A stretch of DNA of 48,774 nt, from positions 1 to 48,774 of the IMG/VR virus record IMGVR_UViG_3300050330_000029; one strand, given 5' to 3'. Shown here piece by piece: positions 8,731-17,458 of the stretch. How positions within the stretch are numbered: the first letter of the stretch is position 1; the number at the start of each line of letters is the position of its first letter. The stretch is from a virus (Duplodnaviria > Caudoviricetes). A program made the position numbers and the translations under genes. The notes beneath the pieces are model-generated. The model was not told the DNA's origin and made no database searches. It saw only the letters and a list, made by a program, of their open reading frames with translations.

Positions 8731-10337
8731 GCGCCCCCCGGGAGACTCGGCGACCCTGCGCCGGTCACGACGAGGTCGAGCAACCGCACCTCATAGTCGT
8801 CATAGCTGCCGCTGCCGTATTTGCCGCTCAGCAGTTTCACGGTCGCCGGCCCGGGCGTCAGTCGCCCCGGTACCGATAACCGGAACGCAGTCCAGTACTT
8901 CTGCCAGTCAGCCGGCAGCGGCGTGCCGTAGGGGTATTTCTTGCTCAGGTTTTCCGGCATCGCCGGCAGCGCAGCCGAGCCGGCCGGTTTGTCGCCGCCC
9001 TGCCACACTTCGATCTTGCTGACGTTGCCATCGGTGACGACGCTGCCACCGGACAGATACGAATTCGTGCCGTGCGCCCAGCCGGTCAGGACCATCGCCG
9101 TGTACGTGTCCGGCACGACGATGTCGAACGTGATGGTCTTGCCCTGCGCCGATGGATGCGCGTAATGGCTCAGGTATTCGTCCCCGATATGGCGCGGGTC
9201 GGTAAAGACCGAGATCGTCAGCGCGTCGTCACCGGCCGGCATTGCGGCGCCGGCACCGGCCCAGCCGGTGAACGTGGAGCGAATCCCGCGCGTGCTGCTG
9301 CTGTGATCGACGCTCATCGCCCACCGGCGCTCGGCCGTCAGGTCCAGTCGCTCGGACGTCAGTTCGACCACATGCCCCGGATAGACGTTCGGCGCGCCGA
9401 GCCACACCCAGCGTTCTTCTTCGTACGGCGCGGCACGGTTGATCTCCGCCACGTTGCGCGCCGCGTCGGCCAATGCCTGCGTGACCAGCAGCGGATCGCG
9501 CACCGTGTCGCGCGTCCAGCCGGGCGGGTCCAGTTTCGGCTCATACGGCACGACAGCCGGGAACGATCGCACCGCGACCGCGATGCCGTCCGCGTCCGTG
9601 TACGATGCGCCCTCGACATCCCACCACGTCACCATCCGGCTCAGATCGTCGTCACGGCTCAGGGAAAAGGCGTTCTCGCCCTCGCGAATCACGTCAGACG
9701 GCGCCAGGCTCGGAATGCCGGTCACACGACCCCACCAGAACATGCCATCCGGCAGATCGCAGCAGTAATAGCCGAACAGCCGGAGCGCGTTGGCGATCCA
9801 TTGCAACGGACTCGTGTGCCGCGGAATGATGACGTCTCCGTTATCGACGAACTCGACGCCGCCCAGCGTGACCTCGGTGACGCCGTCCGGATAGAGGACG
9901 AGCTGCCCGCCGTACGCGGTCAGTCCGCGCAGTTCGCAGATCGACCGGATGATGTTGTAGAGGGTCGAGCCGCCCGGAAACACGAGATCGGTCGGCTCCG
10001 GGAAGTCGAGCCGCGCCGCCCCGCCGGTGGCGTTGATTTCGACGACATATCCGTTCGCGTCGATTTCGCGGTGCAGGCGCGTGATGCGACCGAAGAACAC
10101 ACGATAGGCGCCGCCCGTTTCCTCATAGCCGATCTGCACTTCGATCGGCTTGTTGAGCCAGCGATCGCGGAGTGCGATCTCGGATGCAGGAGGCGACGGC
10201 AGACGCAGCCGCGCCGTGCCCTTGATGCGTTCCAGCGCGTGCTGCGTCTCGACGCTGTAGGCGTTGTAGGGCTGACCGTCGATCGTCACGATCTGGATCG
10301 GCGTGCGGTCGATCGTGCGCGTCAGCAAGCTGCTCAT
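8727..10337 (-). CDS. Tail tip / baseplate hub protein
   Basis: Second gene after tape measure; IEVQIGY...VFFGRI hub motif. Confidence 0.75.
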   Translation of the reverse strand: MSSLLTRTIDRTPIQIVTIDGQPYNAYSVETQHALERIKGTARLRLPSPPASEIALRDRWLNKPIEVQIGYEETGGAYRVFFGRITRLHREIDANGYVVEINATGGAARLDFPEPTDLVFPGGSTLYNIIRSICELRGLTAYGGQLVLYPDGVTEVTLGGVEFVDNGDVIIPRHTSPLQWIANALRLFGYYCCDLPDGMFWWGRVTGIPSLAPSDVIREGENAFSLSRDDDLSRMVTWWDVEGASYTDADGIAVAVRSFPAVVPYEPKLDPPGWTRDTVRDPLLVTQALADAARNVAEINRAAPYEEERWVWLGAPNVYPGHVVELTSERLDLTAERRWAMSVDHSSSTRGIRSTFTGWAGAGAAMPAGDDALTISVFTDPRHIGDEYLSHYAHPSAQGKTITFDIVVPDTYTAMVLTGWAHGTNSYLSGGSVVTDGNVSKIEVWQGGDKPAGSAALPAMPENLSKKYPYGTPLPADWQKYWTAFRLSVPGRLTPGPATVKLLSGKYGSGSYDDYEVRLLDLVVTGAGSPSLPGGA

Positions 10338-10801
10338 GCCGGCCACACCTCCGCCAGCCGCGTGACCGGATCGACCGACCGCTGCCACGTTGCCTCGACC
10401 TCGGTGTAACCGTCCGGGTGCAACTCGCGCACCGGTAGCGCCCGCAGCAGCACCTGATCGAGTTGTTCGTAGACGGTCGCCGGATTGCCGCGCGTGATCT
10501 GCGTGCCCTTCAAACTCTGATAATCGGCCAGCACGGTCAAGGTGCCGGTCGTGCCGAGCCGCGCCAGCAGCGCGTAGTACTGATGGCGGCACGCGAACTG
10601 CAAGCGCCAGGTCACGATCGCCGGCGAGAAGCCGATCAGCTCGCGCACGACCTGGTTGCTAAACGGCACCTGCTGCTCGGCGTAGATCGGTTCGATGCCG
10701 CCCCAGTCGGTGTAGACGCCGGATTGCGTGTCGGCCTGAATGTCGAAGCGGATGTCGTCGAAACCGGTAAATGTCTCAGGGGAACACAAGCAGATGGTCA
10801 T
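10334..10801 (-). CDS. Distal tail protein-like
   Basis: Directly after tape measure, ATGA coupled. Confidence 0.65.
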   Translation of the reverse strand: MTICLCSPETFTGFDDIRFDIQADTQSGVYTDWGGIEPIYAEQQVPFSNQVVRELIGFSPAIVTWRLQFACRHQYYALLARLGTTGTLTVLADYQSLKGTQITRGNPATVYEQLDQVLLRALPVRELHPDGYTEVEATWQRSVDPVTRLAEVWPA

Positions 10802-13800
10802 CGCGGATACCCCGCGCGCTCATCTTGCAAGACTTTGCGCAGATTCGGCACCAGCGACGTTTCGGCCCAGCGGTCCATCTCGGCGCGACTGGTGCCGTTG
10901 AACGTCGCGCCTGAAAAGTCGATATGAATCCCGCGATCGCCCCGCGCCGTCCCGGTATTGGCCGGGCTGACATAGGTCATCGGCGGCACGGTATAGATGC
11001 CGCGATCGAAGATCGGCACCGATCCGCCGCTAGCGAAATGCAGCAGCTCCGGCCCGGCTTCGGCCAGCTCCGTGACGATCCCGCCGCGTGCGTAGCCGGG
11101 GATGCCGCCGTGACGAGAACCGATACTAGGAGTACCAATCGTCGAATAGGCCGTGACGACGTTGATCGTCATGGTTTTGTCGTAGACCGGCGTGTTGTTG
11201 ACCGCATCGATCGCGCCGTATGCCGCGCTGGCATCCGCGCCGACCGTGAGCGTCTTATCATCGATGGTGCTGGTGTTGACGGTATCGATCGCACTGACCG
11301 CCGCGCCGTTGTCTCCGAGAATCACAGCTGTCTTGTCGTCGATCGTCATCCCGGTGACATCGCCAATGGCCGTGACCGCGCTTGTGGTGTCCGCGTCAAC
11401 AGGGATCGTCACCGCCGCGCTGTCGGTTCCTCCGCCGCCAAACGGATTGATGCTGTCCCAGATAGACGATGTATCGATCTCTCCGACCTTCGCCGGAATT
11501 TCGATCTCTGGGAATGGCCCGATCATGGCGTTCCATTCCTCCGGCGTAACACCATCCATCGGCTGAATGACGCCTTCGACGGGGATTTGCACCGGGTCGT
11601 TGTCGAACTTCGCCGCGAGCTCAGATGCGGTTAGCTGATCCCAGCCGCTGGTGTCCACGTCGGTTTTGACCGTGACCACCGTGCCATCGGCAAGCGTGAC
11701 CTCTTTCAGATCGGAGACCGCCGTATCGAGTCCGCTGGAATCCGCTTCGACTGTTACTTTCGAGTAGGTGCCGTCCGCGTTCTTGACGTACCCAAGCAGG
11801 TCGAGCGCTTCCTCTTCGCCGTAAATCTTGATCGCCAGATCGAGGGTCGAGACGCCTTCGGCCGCGGCTTCCATCGAAAGGAAGGCGATCGTGAGGCGGT
11901 TGATCGCGCTGACCGTGGCATCGGCGTTCGGGAAGTTGACCGTAAAGGTCTTCTCGCCATTCGGCCCGATGGCTTCGTTGAGCAGTCCCATCTGCACCAG
12001 AATCCCGGCCAGCGCGGGATCAGCCTGGGCAGTGTTGACCAGCATTTCGGTCGCCACCTCTTTCGGAATCTCACCGATCGAGGCGGAATAGGCGGTCGCG
12101 TAGGCGCTGGCGATCTGCGTCTGCACGCTACTGTCTTGCAGCAGGAGCGCCCGCCGCTGCTCTTCCGCATTCAGCCCAGAGAGATATTGCAGGTTGTCTT
12201 CGTAGGCTTGCTGTTCTTCGGCAAGTAGTGGAAGCTGATCGGCACGCAGATCGTTCAGCAACGCCTGCACGCGGGCATTTGAGTCCTGAATGGCATAGCC
12301 GGCCGCAACCGTCTGGTTGTAACGCTCATAGGCGGCTGTCGTTTCATCGACACTCTGCGACTGCTGCAACCAGCGCGTGAGCATGTCGTCAATGGCAGCC
12401 CATTCGCCAGGCTTGCCGACCAGGTTTTCGGCGATCGAGCCGGCCGCTGAGCTCCGTTGTCCCAGACTGTCGATCTCCTGGAACGTTCGCAATACCTGAT
12501 CGAGCGCCCGGCCGGCATCGCCAATATCGCCGGCCCAGTCCACGGCATCACGGAAGGCTTCCCGCGCCGCGATGATCGCTTCGCTCGATTGCCCCGATAC
12601 CCGTGCGCCCTCCGTCAGTTGGCGATCGTATTCCCGCCACCAGTCAAGGATGTTGTTCCCATCCTTGAGGAAGTCGAGTTGCTGTTCGTGCATCGCCTTC
12701 GCGCCGTCACGGAACTGGCCCATATGGACGGAGAGATCGGTGAGCGCCGCGATCTTGTCATCCGGGGAAAGCGAGCTGTTGAGAATGTCGCTCCATGCCT
12801 GGATAACCGCCGCGTTGTCGAGCGTGTCCGAGGACATGCCCTGCATCGTGCGGTCCCACGCGCCGCCGAGTTGGTCGAGCTGCTGCTCCGTCAGGTCCGT
12901 CAGAGTCGCCGGCGGCATCGCGCTTTCCCAGAACTCCGGCGGGATCGCGTTTTCCAGCATTGTCGCTTGCACTTCGTTCAGTGGCTTGGTGAAGGCATCG
13001 ACAATGCTGGTGTGAAGGGTTTCGAGTTGATTGGCGAGACCGCCCTTGCCGTCGAGTCGCAGGTCATCGATCGCCTGCGGCAGATCGGCAAAGACGGCTT
13101 TCAGGCCGGTGAAGCTCTCGGCAAGAGCCGCAGTGGTCTGCATAGAGTTCTTGGCGCGAGCGTCGTATTCGCCTAGGGAATCGACAAGGCCCTGCACCTT
13201 CTCGGCGAACTCAGCAGGTGAGATAGCACCCCGGTCGAGCTGGTCGAGGAGGCCGGCAAAATCAGCCTGCACGTCCTTTGCGCCGGCGCCCATGTCGTGC
13301 AGGATGGCGCTGACATTTTCGCCGAGTTTCGGAGCAAGATCGCCAAATTCGGCGTACTTGTCGAGCAGAATCGCAATTTCGTTGTTCCACGCGGCGAGTA
13401 AGCCGGGGTCGGTGCTGTCGTCGGATTCGTTGATCTTCTTTGACAGCTCGCCGATTCGTTCTAGGTCGGCAGAAATCTTCGAGAAGGCATCGCCGCTACG
13501 AGTTGCAAGCGCCGACAGGTCGGAGCTGCCCCGTGTGTTGAGATCGCTGATTGCATCCTGCACGACTTTGGCGGAACTGGCGATCGGGTTGTCCGTGCCC
13601 CATTGCGCTTGATGCGTGCGATCAAAGTAGATCGCCACGGCAGCCAATCCGGCCAGCAATCCGACCGGACTGAAGATCGCGCCGGCCATACTCGTTAGGC
13701 TACTGACAAGGTTCAATCCCTTTAGAACCTTGAGCGCTTCCACGGTCTCGAGAATGCGCGGCAGCATCAGGAGGAACGCCCCGCCGGTAGTCAACGCGAC

Positions 13801-14778
13801 TGCACCGGACGCCCCCAATAAGGTAATGACCGTCTGGATTGGTCCCGGAAGCGCGAGATACGCATTCGCCACCATCCCCGCGCCCTGCGCAGCAATCGCC
13901 GCACCTTCGCCCAGCGCGTGTGCGGCCGGCACCATGGACAGCATGACCTCACGCGCGGTTCCGAGTCCGTTGTAAAGCTGATCGCCCAATCCACCCGAAA
14001 TGAATTCGGACGTGTCCCGATTGACACCTAAGAACGCGAGTCCCAACTCACGTATTGCAGATTGCAATCGAATCGACTGTCCCTCAATTGTGTTCAGGGC
14101 ATCGCCCATACCGGGAATCCCGGCGTCCAGTGCGGTGAACAGTTGCTCCCAGCTCACGGATTGGTTCCGCAAGCTCTCGTCCAGTTGGAAGCCGGCCTTG
14201 GTTAGATTGTCGAAATCGTCGCCGGTGAGCTTGCCAGTTGCCCCGACCCGCTGGATTACCTCGGTAAGGTCCTGCCACCCCACCATGCCCTGAGCGACGG
14301 CTCGGCTCATGATCTCGACGTGCTGTACGAGGTTGTCGGTTGCGTCGCCAGCGACCTTTAGGCCCTGCGCGGCTGCGAAAAGGTCTTGCCGCTGGAAGAG
14401 GACGCCTTCGGGGGATCGGGCATAGGCGACGAGCTTCGCCAGTACGTCGTTGACCTTGCTCGCATCTTGTTCATAGCCACGCAGGGCAACGGTTGCTTTC
14501 TGAACCGCATCGACTTGGTTCCACGCGGCCTTGGTGCCCAACGCCATCGGCGCGACGAACGCGGCGGACACGATGCCGCCGACCCCGATCATTGCACCGC
14601 CTAGCGTGGTTAGCGGACCCTGAAGATGTTCGAGCGTTTGCAGGAGACTCTTCCCGCCAGAACTGCCCGCCTTCTCCATGGCCTGTCCCATGGATTCCGC
14701 TGCATTGCCCACAGTTTTGAAGGTAGCTGAGGCTCCGTCCTTGGCCTCAATGGAGACCTTGAGGGTTTTATCTGCCAT
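10798..14778 (-). CDS. Tape measure protein
   Basis: ~1326 aa Ala/Gly-rich helical; LKVSIEAKDGAS start; YARGG...AEAGPEL near C-terminus. Confidence 0.92.
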   Translation of the reverse strand: MADKTLKVSIEAKDGASATFKTVGNAAESMGQAMEKAGSSGGKSLLQTLEHLQGPLTTLGGAMIGVGGIVSAAFVAPMALGTKAAWNQVDAVQKATVALRGYEQDASKVNDVLAKLVAYARSPEGVLFQRQDLFAAAQGLKVAGDATDNLVQHVEIMSRAVAQGMVGWQDLTEVIQRVGATGKLTGDDFDNLTKAGFQLDESLRNQSVSWEQLFTALDAGIPGMGDALNTIEGQSIRLQSAIRELGLAFLGVNRDTSEFISGGLGDQLYNGLGTAREVMLSMVPAAHALGEGAAIAAQGAGMVANAYLALPGPIQTVITLLGASGAVALTTGGAFLLMLPRILETVEALKVLKGLNLVSSLTSMAGAIFSPVGLLAGLAAVAIYFDRTHQAQWGTDNPIASSAKVVQDAISDLNTRGSSDLSALATRSGDAFSKISADLERIGELSKKINESDDSTDPGLLAAWNNEIAILLDKYAEFGDLAPKLGENVSAILHDMGAGAKDVQADFAGLLDQLDRGAISPAEFAEKVQGLVDSLGEYDARAKNSMQTTAALAESFTGLKAVFADLPQAIDDLRLDGKGGLANQLETLHTSIVDAFTKPLNEVQATMLENAIPPEFWESAMPPATLTDLTEQQLDQLGGAWDRTMQGMSSDTLDNAAVIQAWSDILNSSLSPDDKIAALTDLSVHMGQFRDGAKAMHEQQLDFLKDGNNILDWWREYDRQLTEGARVSGQSSEAIIAAREAFRDAVDWAGDIGDAGRALDQVLRTFQEIDSLGQRSSAAGSIAENLVGKPGEWAAIDDMLTRWLQQSQSVDETTAAYERYNQTVAAGYAIQDSNARVQALLNDLRADQLPLLAEEQQAYEDNLQYLSGLNAEEQRRALLLQDSSVQTQIASAYATAYSASIGEIPKEVATEMLVNTAQADPALAGILVQMGLLNEAIGPNGEKTFTVNFPNADATVSAINRLTIAFLSMEAAAEGVSTLDLAIKIYGEEEALDLLGYVKNADGTYSKVTVEADSSGLDTAVSDLKEVTLADGTVVTVKTDVDTSGWDQLTASELAAKFDNDPVQIPVEGVIQPMDGVTPEEWNAMIGPFPEIEIPAKVGEIDTSSIWDSINPFGGGGTDSAAVTIPVDADTTSAVTAIGDVTGMTIDDKTAVILGDNGAAVSAIDTVNTSTIDDKTLTVGADASAAYGAIDAVNNTPVYDKTMTINVVTAYSTIGTPSIGSRHGGIPGYARGGIVTELAEAGPELLHFASGGSVPIFDRGIYTVPPMTYVSPANTGTARGDRGIHIDFSGATFNGTSRAEMDRWAETSLVPNLRKVLQDERAGYPR

Positions 14779-14827
14779 AGCAAGCCTCACCGGCTATGCT
14801 TGGCGCGACAAAGGGAGGAACGGGGAA

Positions 14828-15103
14828 ATGCCGAGCAACTATCGCTGGTTTGTGGCAGGCGTTTTGATGGCAGTGCTGGTCGTCACTGCTGGGATCGTTG
14901 GGGCGCGACTGTCGAGCGCAGACACCGAGGCGCAGGGAATGTGGCAAGCAAAGCGATTCCCGGTCGTTCTCTTGGAGCCAAACGAAACGCCGGTGCATCC
15001 CGATCCTGACCGGTTTGTCAGTGATTGGGTAGCGACGATGCCCGATTCCTGTGACATCGTGCCCGCACCAGGAGACAATCTCTATCTCTACCGTTGCCCG
15101 TGA
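14828..15103 (+). CDS. Small membrane-anchored moron protein
   Basis: GGGAGG RBS; N-terminal TM; opposite to late genes. Confidence 0.65.
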   Translation: MPSNYRWFVAGVLMAVLVVTAGIVGARLSSADTEAQGMWQAKRFPVVLLEPNETPVHPDPDRFVSDWVATMPDSCDIVPAPGDNLYLYRCP

Positions 15104-15199
15104 GGCGGTCCGGTCGTCTAGCGGCTCAGGGATTTGGCGCGGCGATTGCGGCGCAGTATTGCGCGACTCGAAACCCGGATTTGGTGTGGTCTCCGCGTA

Positions 15200-15277
15200 A
15201 CGCATAGATGCCCGGTGCCGCTAGGGACACTGGGCATCAGGCCACTGGTCATGAGGGGATACGTTGGGGCGATTATA
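15200..15277 (-). promoter_or_regulatory. Putative late promoter + leader hairpin for tape-measure/lysis module
   Basis: TATAAT (15277-15272), CAACGTA, AGYGNCC repeats, hairpin 15207-15238, then TATGCGT. Confidence 0.55.
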
Positions 15278-15364
15278 CCCGCTATCGCGTCGCTTGCTAT
15301 CACTTCGTAGGTTCTAATTCGGACAACGCCGGCAGGTCCCACTGCTGCGCGGTTTTCCAATGAA

Positions 15365-15556
15365 CGAAAAATCTGCCAAGTCTGGAAAGTCTGTGGTTTT
15401 ATGCGGGTTTTCGGGGGGCAAGACTGCGGGCAAGTCTGGCGAAGTCTGGCCGGCCGGGCTCTTAGGGGACGTCCAGTCTTCTCCAGTGTTCGCCCAGACT
15501 TCGCCCCCAAAAACCCGCGCCGTTGTCCAGTGTTTGCAGACTTGCCAGACTTTTCG
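15365..15556. repeat. ~190-bp imperfect palindrome built of 12 AAGTCTGG-like iterons (origin-like)
   Basis: Two triplets forward, two triplets inverted; mirrored spacers gcgggttttcgggggg / gcccccaaaaacccgc. Confidence 0.8.
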
Positions 15557-15662
15557 CCGTTCTGCGTTCCGGCCAACTGTGGGCGGCTACTTCTTGCACG
15601 CCTTCTTCGTCCATAATACTGCGTCCCCCTCTGACCGATGGGGATGCTTGTGACGAATGACC

Positions 15663-15917
15663 CTAGCTTCGGCCGGGGTCATTCGTTTTCCCGTCATCAG
15701 TCCACAGTTCCTCAACCGCAACGCCCATCGCCGCCGCTAGCCGCCGCATCGTTGACGGCCGCGGGTTTGTCGTCTCGCCGGCCTCGATCCGGGAGATGTT
15801 CGCCTGCGCCACCCCGCTCATTTCAGCCAGCTCGATCTGACTGAGTCCCTTCCGTATTCGGACCTCCCGAACAATGTTACGCAACCAATGACCCCTTTCT
15901 ATTGCCAAACGCATCAT
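15663..15917 (-). CDS. XRE-family HTH repressor of the inserted island (start may be TTG 15884)
   Basis: VREVRIRKGLSQIELAEMSGVAQANISRIEAGETTNP. Confidence 0.85.
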   Translation of the reverse strand: MMRLAIERGHWLRNIVREVRIRKGLSQIELAEMSGVAQANISRIEAGETTNPRPSTMRRLAAAMGVAVEELWTDDGKTNDPGRS

Positions 15918-15950
15918 AGCATAGCAACGCGATGATTTCGATATATTCGC

Positions 15951-15978
15951 TTGACATTTGCCATATTTTCGCTATAAT
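15951..15978 (+). promoter_or_regulatory. Consensus sigma70 promoter
   Basis: TTGACA-N16-TATAAT, divergent from HTH gene. Confidence 0.85.
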
Positions 15979-16045
15979 AACGATATGAGCACGGCGCTCT
16001 ACGGGATCACAAGCCCCGTCCATCGGTCAAAGGGAGGAACAGGAA

Positions 16046-16450
16046 ATGTCAGTCGCCACTGTCGAGCGCACCAACCGCCGCGATACCGCCGAACGCTGGG
16101 AGAAGGCACTCGACCGCGCACACCTGGCCGGTGTGCAGGTCTATCAGCTCCAAGGCTCCGGCCAGTGGATCGCCACGAGCGCCAGCGATCCGGCAGCCGC
16201 TTACGAATGCGACGGCGTCACTTGCACCTGTGCCGCCGCGCTGCTGGGAGGCGACCCCGTTTGCTGCCACCGGGCGGCAGTCCGAGAGAAGATGGCCGGG
16301 GGGAGCGATTCCCCCGAGCCGGCCGTCTGCCAGAAGTGCTACGGCTCCGGCTACTACGCCGATGCGCTCACCAATTGGGACGGCATCCGCTGCGATCAGT
16401 GCTCTGGCACTGGTCGCGTGGCAGTTCCTGCCATGTCACTCGCCGCCTGA
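16046..16450 (+). CDS. SWIM zinc finger + DnaJ-type zinc finger protein
   Basis: CTC...CCH (SWIM); CQKCYGSG, CDQCSGTG; GGGAGG RBS. Confidence 0.8.
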   Translation: MSVATVERTNRRDTAERWEKALDRAHLAGVQVYQLQGSGQWIATSASDPAAAYECDGVTCTCAAALLGGDPVCCHRAAVREKMAGGSDSPEPAVCQKCYGSGYYADALTNWDGIRCDQCSGTGRVAVPAMSLAA

Positions 16451-16680
16451 TGGAAGCCCGGATCAACGGCGTCTTTCTGGGGTTCTGCAACCGAGAGCGG
16501 AACGCCAGCAGGCTCCGGATCGTCGTCGCTGATGGTCACACGACTGCACAGGTGCACGCACTCGGATGCGACGATAGCAGCCACAGCATCCAATCCACCT
16601 CTAAGGAGGTTGCTCAATTCATCGCAGAACTGACCGGCGCGGCCGCACGCGCGCAACACGAGGCAGAAGACCAGCAATGA
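16450..16680 (+). CDS. Hypothetical protein
   Basis: TGATG coupling upstream, ATGA downstream. Confidence 0.6.
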   Translation: MEARINGVFLGFCNRERNASRLRIVVADGHTTAQVHALGCDDSSHSIQSTSKEVAQFIAELTGAAARAQHEAEDQQ

Positions 16681-17030
16681 ACGTCATCATCGAACGATCC
16701 CCGCTTCACACAACGTCGGACGGTCGGATCGGCCAGTACGTCACACTCCTGGCGGCTGACACCGGCCGTTCAGTTGGCCGGTTTCACGCCTTCCTGAACG
16801 GAGACGGCGGCGAGCATTACGAGTCCTTCTATGGCAGTCCGTATCCGAAAGGCACCTCGTTCGCTGATGCCGCCGTGATCGCGTACAGGGCGCACACGCG
16901 ATGGAAGCAAATCCCGTACGCCGTCCGCGTCCGGTTCCTACGGGCGATGGCAACCGACGAACCACGCAAACGCTATCGTCGGGTCGTGACGCCGCGATGC
17001 CGGCACATCTTGAAGCGAGGGGCGCGGTGA
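16677..17030 (+). CDS. Hypothetical protein
   Basis: Coupled on both sides. Confidence 0.7.
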   Translation: MNVIIERSPLHTTSDGRIGQYVTLLAADTGRSVGRFHAFLNGDGGEHYESFYGSPYPKGTSFADAAVIAYRAHTRWKQIPYAVRVRFLRAMATDEPRKRYRRVVTPRCRHILKRGAR

Positions 17031-17386
17031 GCGCCGGCATCGCCATGACCGCGGCGTCGCTGGCCTTCTCTGGCTACCTGCGGGGTACGCTGAATGGCGA
17101 GTGCGTCGGTGGCTTGCTCTCCCTTACCGTCGAGGGGTCCGAGGCGTCGGTCACGATCACGCCGTTCCGTGGCAACGGTGAGCCGGCCCCAGCGATCCAC
17201 ACGTTCGATCCCTCGGTTGCGCGCTTCCTGCGGTATGTGTGCGCCGACATCGAGCCGCCAATCGTCGAGCCGGCGGTAGCGCCACCCCGGAAGGTCGAGC
17301 CGGTGACCTGTCCGGACTGCCTGGGATGGGAATCGTACGACTGCGAGACTTGCAAGGGATCGGGTTTCGTTCCAGATTACGAATAG
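17027..17386 (+). CDS. Hypothetical with C-terminal DnaJ-type Zn finger
   Basis: GTGA overlap; CPDCLG...CETCKGSG. Confidence 0.65.
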   Translation: MSAGIAMTAASLAFSGYLRGTLNGECVGGLLSLTVEGSEASVTITPFRGNGEPAPAIHTFDPSVARFLRYVCADIEPPIVEPAVAPPRKVEPVTCPDCLGWESYDCETCKGSGFVPDYE

Positions 17387-17388
17387 AC

Positions 17389-17424
17389 GACAGAGGGCCG
17401 GCCCCTTGTCTCCGGCCCTCTGTC
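17389..17424. terminator. 13-bp perfect stem-loop
   Basis: gacagagggccgg-N10-ccggccctctgtc directly after stop. Confidence 0.6.
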
Positions 17425-17458
17425 CTTACCCCCGCGAGAATCCCGAGGGATAAGTACC

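Noticed and set aside
14768-15205. 145-aa minus-strand ORF before the tape measure gene
   Set aside because: No recognisable features; antisense to a + ORF with a good RBS and TM segment
15620-15631. 12-nt complement to 44504-44515 as an sRNA target
   Set aside because: A 12-mer match of this kind is expected by chance across a GC-rich 49-kb window
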